Virus record (IMG/VR): IMGVR_UViG_3300026176_000228
Coordinates: 40,756 to 104,755 of that record
Strand: one strand, 5' to 3'
Length of the DNA stretch: 64,000 bases
Origin: a virus
Lineage: Duplodnaviria; Caudoviricetes
Part shown: positions 18,882-28,248 of the stretch, one piece after another
Numbering within the stretch: the stretch's first letter is position 1
Layout of the letters: the number at the start of each line of letters is the position of its first letter
Notes under the pieces: model-generated
Databases searched by the model: none
The model's input: only the letters and a program-made list of their open reading frames with translations
What the model was told of the DNA's origin: nothing
Position numbers and translations under genes: made by a program

Positions 18882-18980
18882 AGTATACCACAACAGTAAA
18901 TGCATGTCAAGTACTCAATATACAGAAAAACTCAACCCCTTTTATAGCATTTGACATGTGATTTATAATAATGATATGAT
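18882..18980. promoter_or_regulatory. Divergent sigma70-type promoters
   Basis: Minus: TTGACA(18910)-N17-TATACT; plus: TTGACA(18951)-N18-TATGAT. Confidence 0.55.
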
Positions 18981-19035
18981 GTGTACATACACAGGTACAT
19001 AGAAATGTACACAACCCAATCTATGAGGTAAATAT

Positions 19036-19269
19036 ATGGCTCGTAGAACAGAAGGCATTCGGCAAGTCAATTTCTGGATACCGGAGAGTTTATGGGAGAA
19101 ATTCTATCAGAGCTATCGGATGACTTCGCACAAATCATTACGGAGCCTGTTCGAGATGATACTGCAACAGTGGGTGGATGGGCCTGGGGCAACTATCCCC
19201 AACCAGAAACCGCTATTTCCTACTCCATCACAGGGTACGCCAACCCAGAGTGGCGCACCAGAAAGCTGA
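19036..19269 (+). CDS. Ribbon-helix-helix-like regulator
   Basis: RQVNFWIPESLWEKF...SLRSLFEMILQQWV; GAGG RBS. Confidence 0.55.
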   Translation: MARRTEGIRQVNFWIPESLWEKFYQSYRMTSHKSLRSLFEMILQQWVDGPGATIPNQKPLFPTPSQGTPTQSGAPES

Positions 19270-19274
19270 AGCGC

Positions 19275-19637
19275 GTGGGTAAACTCCTGATTGCGGCAGT
19301 CATGCTCGCGTTCATTATCTTTGGTTTCCTGACCGTCATTGAAGGGGAGCAGACCAAGCAGGCCACAGCGGAGATGCAAATCAAGCAGGCTGAGCAGCGC
19401 ATCGTAGAAGCCGAGAGCCGCGCGCGGGAAGCCGAAGCCCAGGCTAAGGTCGATACTGAAGTGGCACGTCAGGATGGTAAAACCGAACGCGCGCAGACTT
19501 ATTCTCTGGCGTTAGTCGCATTGAGTGCAGGTTTCAGTGGAACAGTAGATATGCTACTGTTTTTAGGCTTCATGTTCATTGCGGCGCTGGCGATTCCGGC
19601 TGAAATTATCTTCCTGAAGCGGAAAGGTTGGCTGTAG
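19275..19637 (+). CDS. Membrane protein with coiled coil (start uncertain)
   Basis: N- and C-terminal hydrophobic helices flanking a coiled coil. Confidence 0.5.
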   Translation: MGKLLIAAVMLAFIIFGFLTVIEGEQTKQATAEMQIKQAEQRIVEAESRAREAEAQAKVDTEVARQDGKTERAQTYSLALVALSAGFSGTVDMLLFLGFMFIAALAIPAEIIFLKRKGWL

Positions 19638-19760
19638 ATGGTTGAAATCGAGATTATCGCACTCTTGAAGTTCTTTGTCGCGAGTAGCCTGGCGAGTGTG
19701 GTTTTAGGTATACTGTTAGGTGTGGGGCTACTGTATTATAGTAAGAAAGTGAGTCAATAG

Positions 19761-20003
19761 ATGGCTGAAGTGATTTGGAATGTCGGAACGGAACCTAAAC
19801 CCGGTATAAATGTGGAAGAAACGATCAATCAACTAATACCAAGTGCGCTGGTACTGGTAGGAGTTGCACGCACCACGTATGAAATGACCGGTAAACTGAA
19901 TACCAGTGGTAAGCCCTTGCCAGCTTTACCGGAAGATTTGCGCAAAGAGATTACGCTGAATGTGTTGCAGATGTATACTGGAAAGGTACTGAAAGAAAGG
20001 TAG
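19761..20003 (+). CDS. Hypothetical protein
   Basis: ORF in a tightly packed operon. Confidence 0.5.
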   Translation: MAEVIWNVGTEPKPGINVEETINQLIPSALVLVGVARTTYEMTGKLNTSGKPLPALPEDLRKEITLNVLQMYTGKVLKER

Positions 20004-20006
20004 AGG

Positions 20007-20636
20007 ATGAACTTTTCGCGCGTGCTGAATCCTGATCGCCCTAAGCCGCAGCCGATAATTGCGCGCACTCCGCAGACCACGCCTAACACGCGCGCGCATG
20101 TCGAAACACCCTTAGCCTCAACCATCGTCACGGTAATCATCGTGATGGGTATTCCCGCCGCGCTAGTGGGCTTATGGCCGGTGCCGCCGAAATGGATTGT
20201 ACTGAGTATTATTACCTGGCTAGTGATGAACGCGGCTTGGTTCTGGCAGAGCAATCTATTTCGCGAAACTATGTGGAAGATTGAGGAAGCTACTGGCGCA
20301 GAGTTGACTGGCGATGCTATTCGCGGTAAGCCTTACGCGAGTGTGATGCACGGCAAGGGTGGTGCGCCCAGGCCGCTGACGCCGGAGCAAATTCTCAATA
20401 AACGCTTCAGTGACTTTTTGGATACCGTGTATCGCATTGAGAGCGCCGCGTATGCGCGTTTAGTCAAAGAAGGTTGGGAGAACAAAGATGAAATCAAACG
20501 CTTCAGGGACGCGGCGATTCAAGCGGGGATATTTATGCAGCATCCCGATGGACGAGTCGAAGCGTTAGTGACCAGGGAGCGCGCGAAACAGATTGAGAGT
20601 AATGTTAGGTGGAATGTCAGGGAAGGGGTGTATTAG
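20007..20636 (+). CDS. Membrane protein
   Basis: Two TM helices, GAGG RBS. Confidence 0.55.
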   Translation: MNFSRVLNPDRPKPQPIIARTPQTTPNTRAHVETPLASTIVTVIIVMGIPAALVGLWPVPPKWIVLSIITWLVMNAAWFWQSNLFRETMWKIEEATGAELTGDAIRGKPYASVMHGKGGAPRPLTPEQILNKRFSDFLDTVYRIESAAYARLVKEGWENKDEIKRFRDAAIQAGIFMQHPDGRVEALVTRERAKQIESNVRWNVREGVY

Positions 20637-20882
20637 ATGGGCTTAGAACTCTGGTTCAAGGAAGATATCAAGAATGTACTGTTGGGCTTAGCGGTGAACG
20701 CGCCGCGTATGGGGTTGGATTATAAAGATGAGGGCGAGGAATTTCAAGCCGGGTATAAAGCGGCACTAGAAGCTGTCGCGGTCAGCTTTGGGATTATGGA
20801 ACCCATGATGCAAGCGCGGCCACAGTATAGAATTGTGCCGCGCGAGGCACCGCGACTAACCAGTGGGAATGGCAGGTACTAA
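20637..20882 (+). CDS. Hypothetical protein
   Basis: Abuts the upstream stop; WFKEDIKNVL...GYKAALEAVAVSFG. Confidence 0.55.
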   Translation: MGLELWFKEDIKNVLLGLAVNAPRMGLDYKDEGEEFQAGYKAALEAVAVSFGIMEPMMQARPQYRIVPREAPRLTSGNGRY

Positions 20883-20883
20883 G

Positions 20884-21156
20884 ATGAATTGTGGTATTTG
20901 CGGTATGCCTATCGCGGAAGGTAAAGCTGATCCGCGACAGAAGAATCTGCATATATCCTGGACTGTTTGTGTAGATGTACTGTTAGCCGAAGTTACACGC
21001 TTGCGTGCTGAACTACAGGAGCATAAGGACAATCCAACGCAAGGACTGGCGCAGATTGGTTATCATGACGTAGAAGCATACTATAAAGAAGAAGAGACAG
21101 AGTTGAAGCCCTGCCCGATTTGCGAAGGGCGCGGTACGGTACCTTGGCTAGATTAA
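20884..21156 (+). CDS. Zinc-finger protein
   Basis: CGICG...H...C and CPICEGRG. Confidence 0.5.
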   Translation: MNCGICGMPIAEGKADPRQKNLHISWTVCVDVLLAEVTRLRAELQEHKDNPTQGLAQIGYHDVEAYYKEEETELKPCPICEGRGTVPWLD

Positions 21157-21178
21157 GATCGTGGTGATTGTAATATAA

Positions 21179-21208
21179 GAGGCTCCCAAAAGTGGGGGCT
21201 TCTTTTTT
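21179..21208 (+). terminator. Intrinsic terminator
   Basis: GAGGCTCCC-AAAAGT-GGGGGCTTC then T-run. Confidence 0.65.
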
Positions 21209-21846
21209 TATACCTGCCGTACCAATAAGAGGGCGGGGGGTCTATTGATTTGAGCCTTAGTGATTTATTGTACTTGTAGCACACAAGCCACTTGGCATAA
21301 CGTAATAAAGCAACCTTAGTCACAGTAAACATAATATTTTTAGATTTGATTTTATGTCAATTATTTTTGTAAAAAACGCGTCCGTCCGGTCCAGCCGTTA
21401 TACGTCTACGGCTCCAGAGATAGAGATAGGCAACAGGGCAGGGCAAGGGAGAACTAGAAACAGCCAGCTAAATTATAGAACTATTGGTCTATCTCTAATC
21501 CAACCCACTACTCGGAGCAGGTGAGTGTCAGCAGAAACCAGCCAACCTCACCAGTCGCCCACCACCCTACCCTACAGTCACTCCCCTACCATGACTATGC
21601 GAAATATCCCAAATGACGCTGCTATAAGAAGTGACAACTGTAATATAAGAGTAAGGGAAAAATTGAACTACCCTATAAACCAGTGCCCCCCATTCACAAA
21701 AACTTGCCCGCACAATTTTTCTTGACCAGTTTTATTGTGTCATCATGTCTTGATGCAAGCCAGGCTGTCAACAAGGATGGATGAGAGTAGGGGTAGTCAG
21801 CATATATAGATGCAGGGGCGGCTGTCAGCCAAGCTTGTTGCAGAGG

Positions 21847-22000
21847 ATGACTATGCGCAATGACTACACGCAAGGCAAGGTGTGACGCGTCTATCGCGCG
21901 CGTGACGTGCTGGCTACACGCAATGGCTACACGCAGGAGACTTGCAAGCTTTGCTGCATGTAGGCGTGGATAGGATGACTACACGCAATGACTACACGCA
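21847..22000 (+). repeat. Three tandem pairs of 13-bp ATGACTACACGCA-like repeats
   Basis: Pairs start at 21847, 21910 and 21975. Confidence 0.75.
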
Positions 22001-23162
22001 AGGGGTTGCACGGAGCGTGGTCAACGTTGGATGCAAGGTAGGGGCCAGGCTGCATGGGTCATGGTCTTATGACGTTGCATGGTAAGGTATAGTTTACATG
22101 CGCTATTGGCAACGTCGCCCTACAAGGTGGGCTGTATCTTGCACATGTCAATGGCGCATGAATACACAAGTGGGGTGCACTTGAACATCTGTGCTATGAT
22201 TCTTAAAACGATTCAACCTTAACAAGAAAATTGAATGCGTTTCGCATAGACCAACATGCTATGTTACGCGTAACACGGCATTGTAAGCTCATATCTACCA
22301 CAAGTCTTGTGATTGCACCATATTGCACTAGATAAAACGTTTTCCTTCGTGATAGCAGTCATCCAGGATTGACACAAAGAACGTGCGTTCTACAATGTCA
22401 TATGTACTTGCATCCTGGTATAGTGCAAGTCATGACGCATTGGCAATACAAGTGGGATTTAGCCGGTTTTAGCCGCGCGTCTAGGCGTGCGTCATGTAGG
22501 ATTGCAAGATGAACCTGGACTTGCAGCAACATTACGATGAACCTTAAAGTTTTGCAATCTAAAATATGTCATGGTAACAAACACATCAAACACGTTTATA
22601 CTACGTGCGCACGGGCAACCCGCGCAGTTCCACCGCACCTTGACAACGTGAGACGCGACCTAAGCACAGCGCAACGCGCCAAGGCAGCGGGTTGCGTCTC
22701 ACTACATCCCCAAGTCATAAAGGACGTGCTACCACTACGCAAGGGTAATCAGAGGTTATGGCATACATTCTCCGTATGCTGGCGCAATCGCTAACGTCGA
22801 TTCGCAGACGTAGGACAGATTGACGCTAACCTACCTTATCCCCATGCAAGCATAGCACGGAAATAATGCCGTAAGGCACACTAGCACGGCTTTAGCACAG
22901 CATAGGCTAGTGGACGTTAAAGGGATAGACTTCCTTATACTAGCACAGACGTGCAAGATTGTAGTTATACGCTGTGCATAGCTTAGGTGTAAGGAAGAGG
23001 TTGCATCACTTCCCGCGCTAGTATGCGCAAGGTTGTACAAAGTCTATACAAACATTGTGCATATGTGGCTGGCCGTCATAGACCACGCGGGATATTTGGC
23101 ATATGCCAAAAGGTTCAATCGCAACCTACAATGCGATATATAGCACAAGAGGAGATTCTATC

Positions 23163-24338
23163 ATGGCACGCACTAGCAAATCAACACAATCGAACGTGAA
23201 GCAGATGTCTGAAGCAATCGCAGAATTCGAAAAGGAGAATCCCATGTCAACGCAGACGGAAAAGGCGCCGCGTAAGCCGCGCGCCAAGTCCACTACTCCG
23301 AAAGCGGGTGAAGTCACTACACAGAAAATCGCAAGGGTAGACGCGAACGCAGTCGCGAACGCTGATAATGCGCCTATCGCAATGACCGGCAGTAAGGTTG
23401 ATCTTTCCGGTATGGCAGACATTCCGGGCTATGTGTCAGTCGGCCCGGTCGTGAAAGGTGGAGGTGGGAAAAAGCACGCACAGTATTTGGCAGACGCGCA
23501 AAAGTTGGCGGATGAACACTTGCCAGCTATCCGCACCTTGCTTGCCTCCGGTCGGTCAAACGATATCGTCCTGTGGAATCATATCGCGACTTTGAAGCAA
23601 GGCAAGGCGAATAAAATCGCAGAGGATGAACACGGGAAGTATCCGCCATTTTCCGATTGGTTGCGCGTTGCTGTGGGTATGTCTATTGAAGATTATCGCG
23701 CGATTAGCCCGTGCCTTGACGTTGTGCAATACACAGAATTAGTGAAAGCCTACAAGGGGGAAGACGGTAACGCGATTAGCAGACGCGCCGCGGCTGATAT
23801 CGCGAAGATGTGGCCCGATGTGGAGCACCGCGCAGCGACCAAAAACGCGCCAGAACGTACCGCAGTTGACAATCTGCCAGCGCGCGAATTCGCTATTCGC
23901 GTTGCTCAAACGTTGGGTCGCTACGCGTGGGATGCGTTTTTGGTAGGCGCGAAGATCGATCCCAATAAGCAAGGTTCAAAGGGTATGGATTTTCCCGAAT
24001 TGGAATCCTGGTACATGAAAAAGCATGTTGCGCTGGAAGATTGCAAAACCAAGGAACATGCGGATATGCTCAAGGATGAATTCCGGACGGAAGCCTTGCG
24101 CGAACTCATGACAGAGGATGATCCCCACGGGCCGGAGTTAGAAAAGCTTGGCAAGTTGGCAACCAGTATCGCGGCATCGATTGCAGGATTCACAGCCAAG
24201 CTTACGGAAGTGCAGGAGCAAATCGCCTATCTGGAGCAGGATAGGCGCGACAGGTTGGCGGCCAAGCTTGCAGAGGAGATGAACGCTAAAGAATCTAAGG
24301 CGCGCAAACGCCAATCACGCGCGCCTAAGTCTGCATAA
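23163..24338 (+). CDS. Hypothetical protein, basic N-terminus and C-terminal coiled coil
   Basis: AGGAG RBS and ATG at 23163; 391 aa. Confidence 0.7.
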   Translation: MARTSKSTQSNVKQMSEAIAEFEKENPMSTQTEKAPRKPRAKSTTPKAGEVTTQKIARVDANAVANADNAPIAMTGSKVDLSGMADIPGYVSVGPVVKGGGGKKHAQYLADAQKLADEHLPAIRTLLASGRSNDIVLWNHIATLKQGKANKIAEDEHGKYPPFSDWLRVAVGMSIEDYRAISPCLDVVQYTELVKAYKGEDGNAISRRAAADIAKMWPDVEHRAATKNAPERTAVDNLPAREFAIRVAQTLGRYAWDAFLVGAKIDPNKQGSKGMDFPELESWYMKKHVALEDCKTKEHADMLKDEFRTEALRELMTEDDPHGPELEKLGKLATSIAASIAGFTAKLTEVQEQIAYLEQDRRDRLAAKLAEEMNAKESKARKRQSRAPKSA

Positions 24339-24673
24339 CGATAGCACGTTTGGAGTACCAAACCACCTAGCCTAAATCCTATTAGCTAACCATGACTAGA
24401 CTAGTAGAATTTAGGCTAGGACGTTTGATAGCAAACATGCTGCTAGAATGCCCATAGATACCGTTTTAAAGCCCATAGGCGCGTTCTGTATAGGGTATAG
24501 GTATAAAATGACCTATACCCCATTTTTAGCCGTTTCTGGCGCGTTTTTGCTATCAACGCGATAGGTCATAGCACACTTGTTCGGAAATCAGCCGTTTCGT
24601 GCGTGCTATACCGCATACAGCCGTGTATGATTATGTCAATACAGTCATACATCGGGCGTTTTGGCATACATCT

Positions 24674-24862
24674 GATTTTTGGCATATGCTAGAATCTAAT
24701 TTATCTGAGTGGTCGATAATACGCGTGTAGACTATAGTGATTATCGACGCGCTAGTCCAAAAATGGTTTGACCATTCATCCTATATGGCGCTAGTCTACA
24801 GCGTCCTTATAGGTTCAATGTCACTAGTCTGGTAAATTAGATTCTAGCATATGCCAAAAATC
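24674..24862 (+). ncRNA. Putative structured RNA closed by a perfect 30-bp stem
   Basis: 24674-24703 is the exact reverse complement of 24833-24862; internal hairpins have complementary loops. Confidence 0.55.
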
Positions 24863-25182
24863 GGGTCATATGCCACTAGACTTGCCAAGCATCATAGACT
24901 ATGCCATATGTTATAGCATTTGACACAAGTCATGATGCTTGGCATTTTATATGGCCGGTGCATTTTTTTGACTTGCTTTATATAGTTATGTCAACGTAAC
25001 TGTAACCGTAACTGTACTCGAAATTGTTTTTACATTTTTGGCATATGCTAAATTTGAAAAAACAATTTACAACCGTAACTGTCAACTGTAAGAAAAACAA
25101 TTCATAAATTACTGTGCTAACTGTGGCGCAGTAAAAAACAATTCACATTTGGCATATGCCAAAAACGAAGGAGCGTGCAAAG

Positions 25183-25461
25183 ATGCTTAAGCTTGCGTAT
25201 GAGAACTATTGCCATCATATGTGGCAACTGTCTTATATCGGTGAACATTGGAAGGATTTTGTCGTCGCGTGCTACGACGTGCATTACGCCATGAACGGTA
25301 TTGAGCAAATGTTCTGGCAAGGTTCGGAATCCAATCTGAACCTGCGCGATACGCGACCTGTGTCTTGGGAAATGTTTGAATTCTGGACTGATGATCAAGC
25401 CGTGATTCTGGACTTTGCTATACGCGTAGCTGCGGTGCTTGAGACGGAACTGATATTGTAG
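25183..25461 (+). CDS. Array cassette: hypothetical protein
   Basis: Palindrome-RBS-ORF-palindrome layout. Confidence 0.6.
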   Translation: MLKLAYENYCHHMWQLSYIGEHWKDFVVACYDVHYAMNGIEQMFWQGSESNLNLRDTRPVSWEMFEFWTDDQAVILDFAIRVAAVLETELIL

Positions 25462-25500
25462 AATTTGGCATATGCCAAAAAAAACAAAGGAGTTTACCGT

Positions 25501-25707
25501 ATGCTCACCACTAAAACCGCCAAGCAAATGCTTCTGGATCGCGGCCAAGCCTTGCCGCGTGTAGGTTATGAAAGCATTGTAACTGAATTCAAACAGCCGT
25601 GCGGTTGCTTTGATCGCGTATGGCTAGTCAACCGTGCTGGCAAATACTCCACGCGTGTTGACTTTCATGCTTGTGATGCTTGTTGGTTCAAGTTGCCAAT
25701 TCGGTAA
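25501..25707 (+). CDS. Array cassette: small Cys-rich protein
   Basis: AAGGAG RBS; PCGC...ACDAC. Confidence 0.6.
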   Translation: MLTTKTAKQMLLDRGQALPRVGYESIVTEFKQPCGCFDRVWLVNRAGKYSTRVDFHACDACWFKLPIR

Positions 25708-25754
25708 ATTTGGCATATGCCAAATAAAACAATTTCACAACAAAGGAGTTTACC

Positions 25755-25853
25755 ATGTTCAAGCGTTTTCTGTTCATTCTGAAGTACGATGTGTTGTCCA
25801 AGGAATCCTTCCGCGCGACCATGTTCTACTTGGCCCATGGTTATTGGCGGTAA
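25755..25853 (+). CDS. Array cassette: 32-aa peptide
   Basis: Same CAAAGGAGTTTACC RBS as the previous gene; MFKRFLFILKYDVLSKESFRATMFYLAHGYWR. Confidence 0.45.
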   Translation: MFKRFLFILKYDVLSKESFRATMFYLAHGYWR

Positions 25854-25857
25854 TGTG

Positions 25858-26073
25858 ATGCTCAAGCTTCTGGTCATTGCGAAAATGCTGTGCTTCACGC
25901 TCGGCCTGACGCCCGCGGAATGGGCGTGCTATGAATCGGTTGCGGAATATCAACCACGCGAACAGTATACCCGCGCGTGTGTCTATGCTGAAGATATGGA
26001 TGAAACCACGCCGAATCTGGTTATTTACGAAACCTGGAACGGTGAAATCGGTATGATGTTCTTTGCCGGTTAG
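25858..26073 (+). CDS. Array cassette: hypothetical protein
   Basis: ORF ends shortly before palindrome 26095. Confidence 0.5.
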   Translation: MLKLLVIAKMLCFTLGLTPAEWACYESVAEYQPREQYTRACVYAEDMDETTPNLVIYETWNGEIGMMFFAG

Positions 26074-26179
26074 TGTATAACTGCCAATGGTAAATTTGGC
26101 ATATGCTAAATTCTGCCTAATCCAAAAAACAGAATTTGGCATATGCCAAAAAAACAATTCACAGAAAGGCTAAAATTCC

Positions 26180-26494
26180 ATGAAGACTATCGTGTACTTG
26201 AATCCCGACTATCAGGACGCGGAGATTCGCTATACGCATGATGTACCACTGGAAAGCGCGAAGGCTACTGAAGTGTTGGAAGTCTCTGACCTGCCGAAAC
26301 GGATTAGCGTTAAGGCTTTTCATCCCGATGATTTCATGGATTCGCATACCGCAGTTGACTTGCCCCGCGACGCGTTCGTGAATCTCTTGCGTTACTTGCA
26401 CGCTAACGACCGGCGTATCGAAGCCATTATGCTTGTCCGTAGTGTGACGCATTGGGGCCTATCGGACGCGAAGCATTTCGTGGAATCTCTCTAA
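26180..26494 (+). CDS. Array cassette: protein with ribosomal L7/L12 C-terminal-like motif
   Basis: IEAIMLVRSVTHWGLSDAKHFVESL. Confidence 0.55.
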   Translation: MKTIVYLNPDYQDAEIRYTHDVPLESAKATEVLEVSDLPKRISVKAFHPDDFMDSHTAVDLPRDAFVNLLRYLHANDRRIEAIMLVRSVTHWGLSDAKHFVESL

Positions 26495-26571
26495 CCCACC
26501 GGCATATGCCAGGTCAATAAAATGATTTTGGCATATGCCAAATTACTATTTCCAGAAAAGGAGTATTTTCA

Positions 26572-26826
26572 ATGCCTAGGCTCAATGTCAACCTCTCTGT
26601 TTCCGGTCGCGCTACCCCTAATTCATGGGATGCACCTCACGCGTATGGTGATACGGTTGCGTTTGATGTGGAAGCTGAAATTGATTTTCTGCGCCTGTCC
26701 AAACCGCAGATTGTCAAGATGCTGGAAAAGCATGTCGAGCAAGCTATCGTGAATTGGGAACGCGCGCAAGCTGAGGAACTGCGCAAACTGGCTGAAGCTG
26801 TGGCTGAAACTGATTCTGAATCATAA
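26572..26826 (+). CDS. Array cassette: hypothetical protein
   Basis: AAAGGGAG RBS. Confidence 0.6.
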   Translation: MPRLNVNLSVSGRATPNSWDAPHAYGDTVAFDVEAEIDFLRLSKPQIVKMLEKHVEQAIVNWERAQAEELRKLAEAVAETDSES

Positions 26827-26907
26827 ACTCAAGTTGAACTGGTTTGCCTGTTTCCTGCCATAAAACAGGTATTGTAAATTTGGCATATGCTAAAAAAGGA
26901 GTCTGTC

Positions 26908-27039
26908 ATGTACAAGCTTCTTACTCTGCTCGGCTTTCGTGTATGGGCATACACGAATGCCTGCATTATGTTGCAAAACGGACGCTTGCGGGTGAATGTC
27001 TATCCCAATCGTGTTTCTATCTATCGGTCTACGCTATGA
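26908..27039 (+). CDS. Array cassette: 43-aa protein
   Basis: AAGGAG RBS; ATGA overlap with the next gene. Confidence 0.5.
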   Translation: MYKLLTLLGFRVWAYTNACIMLQNGRLRVNVYPNRVSIYRSTL

Positions 27040-27338
27040 CCATACAAGTCGCGGTCAAACCTAAAGATGGCGATTTTGTGTATGGGCCATTTGAAGTGGC
27101 GACATTCCAGCGCGTGGGTGAGATTCTAGTTAAGATCGCGATTCAAAACCATGATCCTGAAATCTCTCGCCACGACCTATGGCTAATAGAAAATGGTAAA
27201 CTGACTGAACGGGCCTTCTATTTCCTACCCGATTATGTCAGTATCAGGAAAAAGAAAACGCGTACGCGTAAAGCCTATACACAGATATGGGCTTTCGATG
27301 CAAAACTGACAAGGTATATCCGACAGAAGTCGGAGTAA
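27036..27338 (+). CDS. Array cassette: hypothetical protein
   Basis: Translationally coupled start MTIQVAV. Confidence 0.55.
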   Translation: MTIQVAVKPKDGDFVYGPFEVATFQRVGEILVKIAIQNHDPEISRHDLWLIENGKLTERAFYFLPDYVSIRKKKTRTRKAYTQIWAFDAKLTRYIRQKSE

Positions 27339-27344
27339 CAAACC

Positions 27345-27411
27345 AGGCGCGTCGTCTAAGTAAGACAGAATCGCAAGATTCAAATTCAGGTATCAAATCC
27401 TGGCGCGCCTA
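27345..27411 (+). tRNA. tRNA-like element with a GCAA tetraloop in place of the anticodon loop
   Basis: Acceptor AGGCGCG/CGCGCCT, D stem GTCT/AGAC, GAATC-GCAA-GATTC, T arm TCAGG-TATCAAAT-CCTGG. Confidence 0.5.
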
Positions 27412-27413
27412 TT

Positions 27414-27488
27414 CCCGCTGGCTGGAAGCCCGTGTCATCGGCTGTACTAGATACTGATAATTGCCAGTTCGATTCTGGCGCGGCGGGC
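27414..27488 (+). tRNA. Second tRNA-like element (aberrant D and anticodon arms)
   Basis: Acceptor CCCGCTG/CGGCGGG, canonical T arm GCCAG-TTCGATT-CTGGC, ATCGG/CTGAT stem with 12-nt loop beginning CTGTA. Confidence 0.45.
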
Positions 27489-27540
27489 ATTTGGTAAATT
27501 TGGCATATGCCAAAATCTAACCCTCAAAGGAGTCTATTCC

Positions 27541-27783
27541 ATGAAACCGTGTATCATGTACATCATCTTTCCTGAAAACCCCCGGCAAACACCTTATTTA
27601 CGTGAGTTCAAAATCGCGGGCAATCCCAATACCCATACGCGTAACTATGAGCGCGCGCGTACTAAAAAGGCTGCGTTTCATAAGGCGCGTATCATGGCGC
27701 GCCAGATTCGTGGTGTAGTCGAAATCCAACGGTCTGTACCCGGCAAGAAATTGGCTAAGACTTGGCTGGTTTGGCAAATCTGA
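27541..27783 (+). CDS. Array cassette: basic hypothetical protein
   Basis: Flanked by palindromes, AAGGAG RBS. Confidence 0.6.
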   Translation: MKPCIMYIIFPENPRQTPYLREFKIAGNPNTHTRNYERARTKKAAFHKARIMARQIRGVVEIQRSVPGKKLAKTWLVWQI

Positions 27784-27828
27784 AAATTTGGCATATGCCA
27801 AAATCTGAAAACTGAAAGGAATCTAGTC

Positions 27829-28212
27829 ATGGCTACTTTGAATCTCGCTCGGCTTTTCGCGGACGCGCACGCGGCAGGCATGACCGCGGCTATGGAGCAC
27901 GCGCCAACGCCTATGTTGGTCGTAGAACACACGAATCCCCTGAACGATAACAGTCCTATCAAACGCGTCTATGCGCCGGTGATGGATGGCGTCTGCGGCT
28001 TCGCGTGGATTGTGATTAAGCCTGCCAACTGTGCCGCGGCTAAATACGCGAAGGAACACTTTGGCGCGCGTAAAGGTTACGAACCGGGTATCCATATTTG
28101 GGTACATCAATTCAATCAAAGTTATGAACGCAAAATGAAATACGCTGCCGCGTTTACAGAAGTGTTGCGCGGCGCGGGTATCAACGCTTATGCTGATGGG
28201 CGTTTGGATTGA
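27829..28212 (+). CDS. Array cassette: conserved-type phage protein
   Basis: GVCGFAW...QSYERKMKYA.AF..VL...GI.AY...RLD motif. Confidence 0.65.
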   Translation: MATLNLARLFADAHAAGMTAAMEHAPTPMLVVEHTNPLNDNSPIKRVYAPVMDGVCGFAWIVIKPANCAAAKYAKEHFGARKGYEPGIHIWVHQFNQSYERKMKYAAAFTEVLRGAGINAYADGRLD

Positions 28213-28248
28213 TGTTTTAGCATATGCCAAATCTAAAAGGAGTTCAAG

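Noticed and set aside
22537-23040. ORFs 22537..22794 (+) and 22831..23040 (-)
   Set aside because: No RBS, atypical composition, and they overlap a hairpin-rich non-coding region
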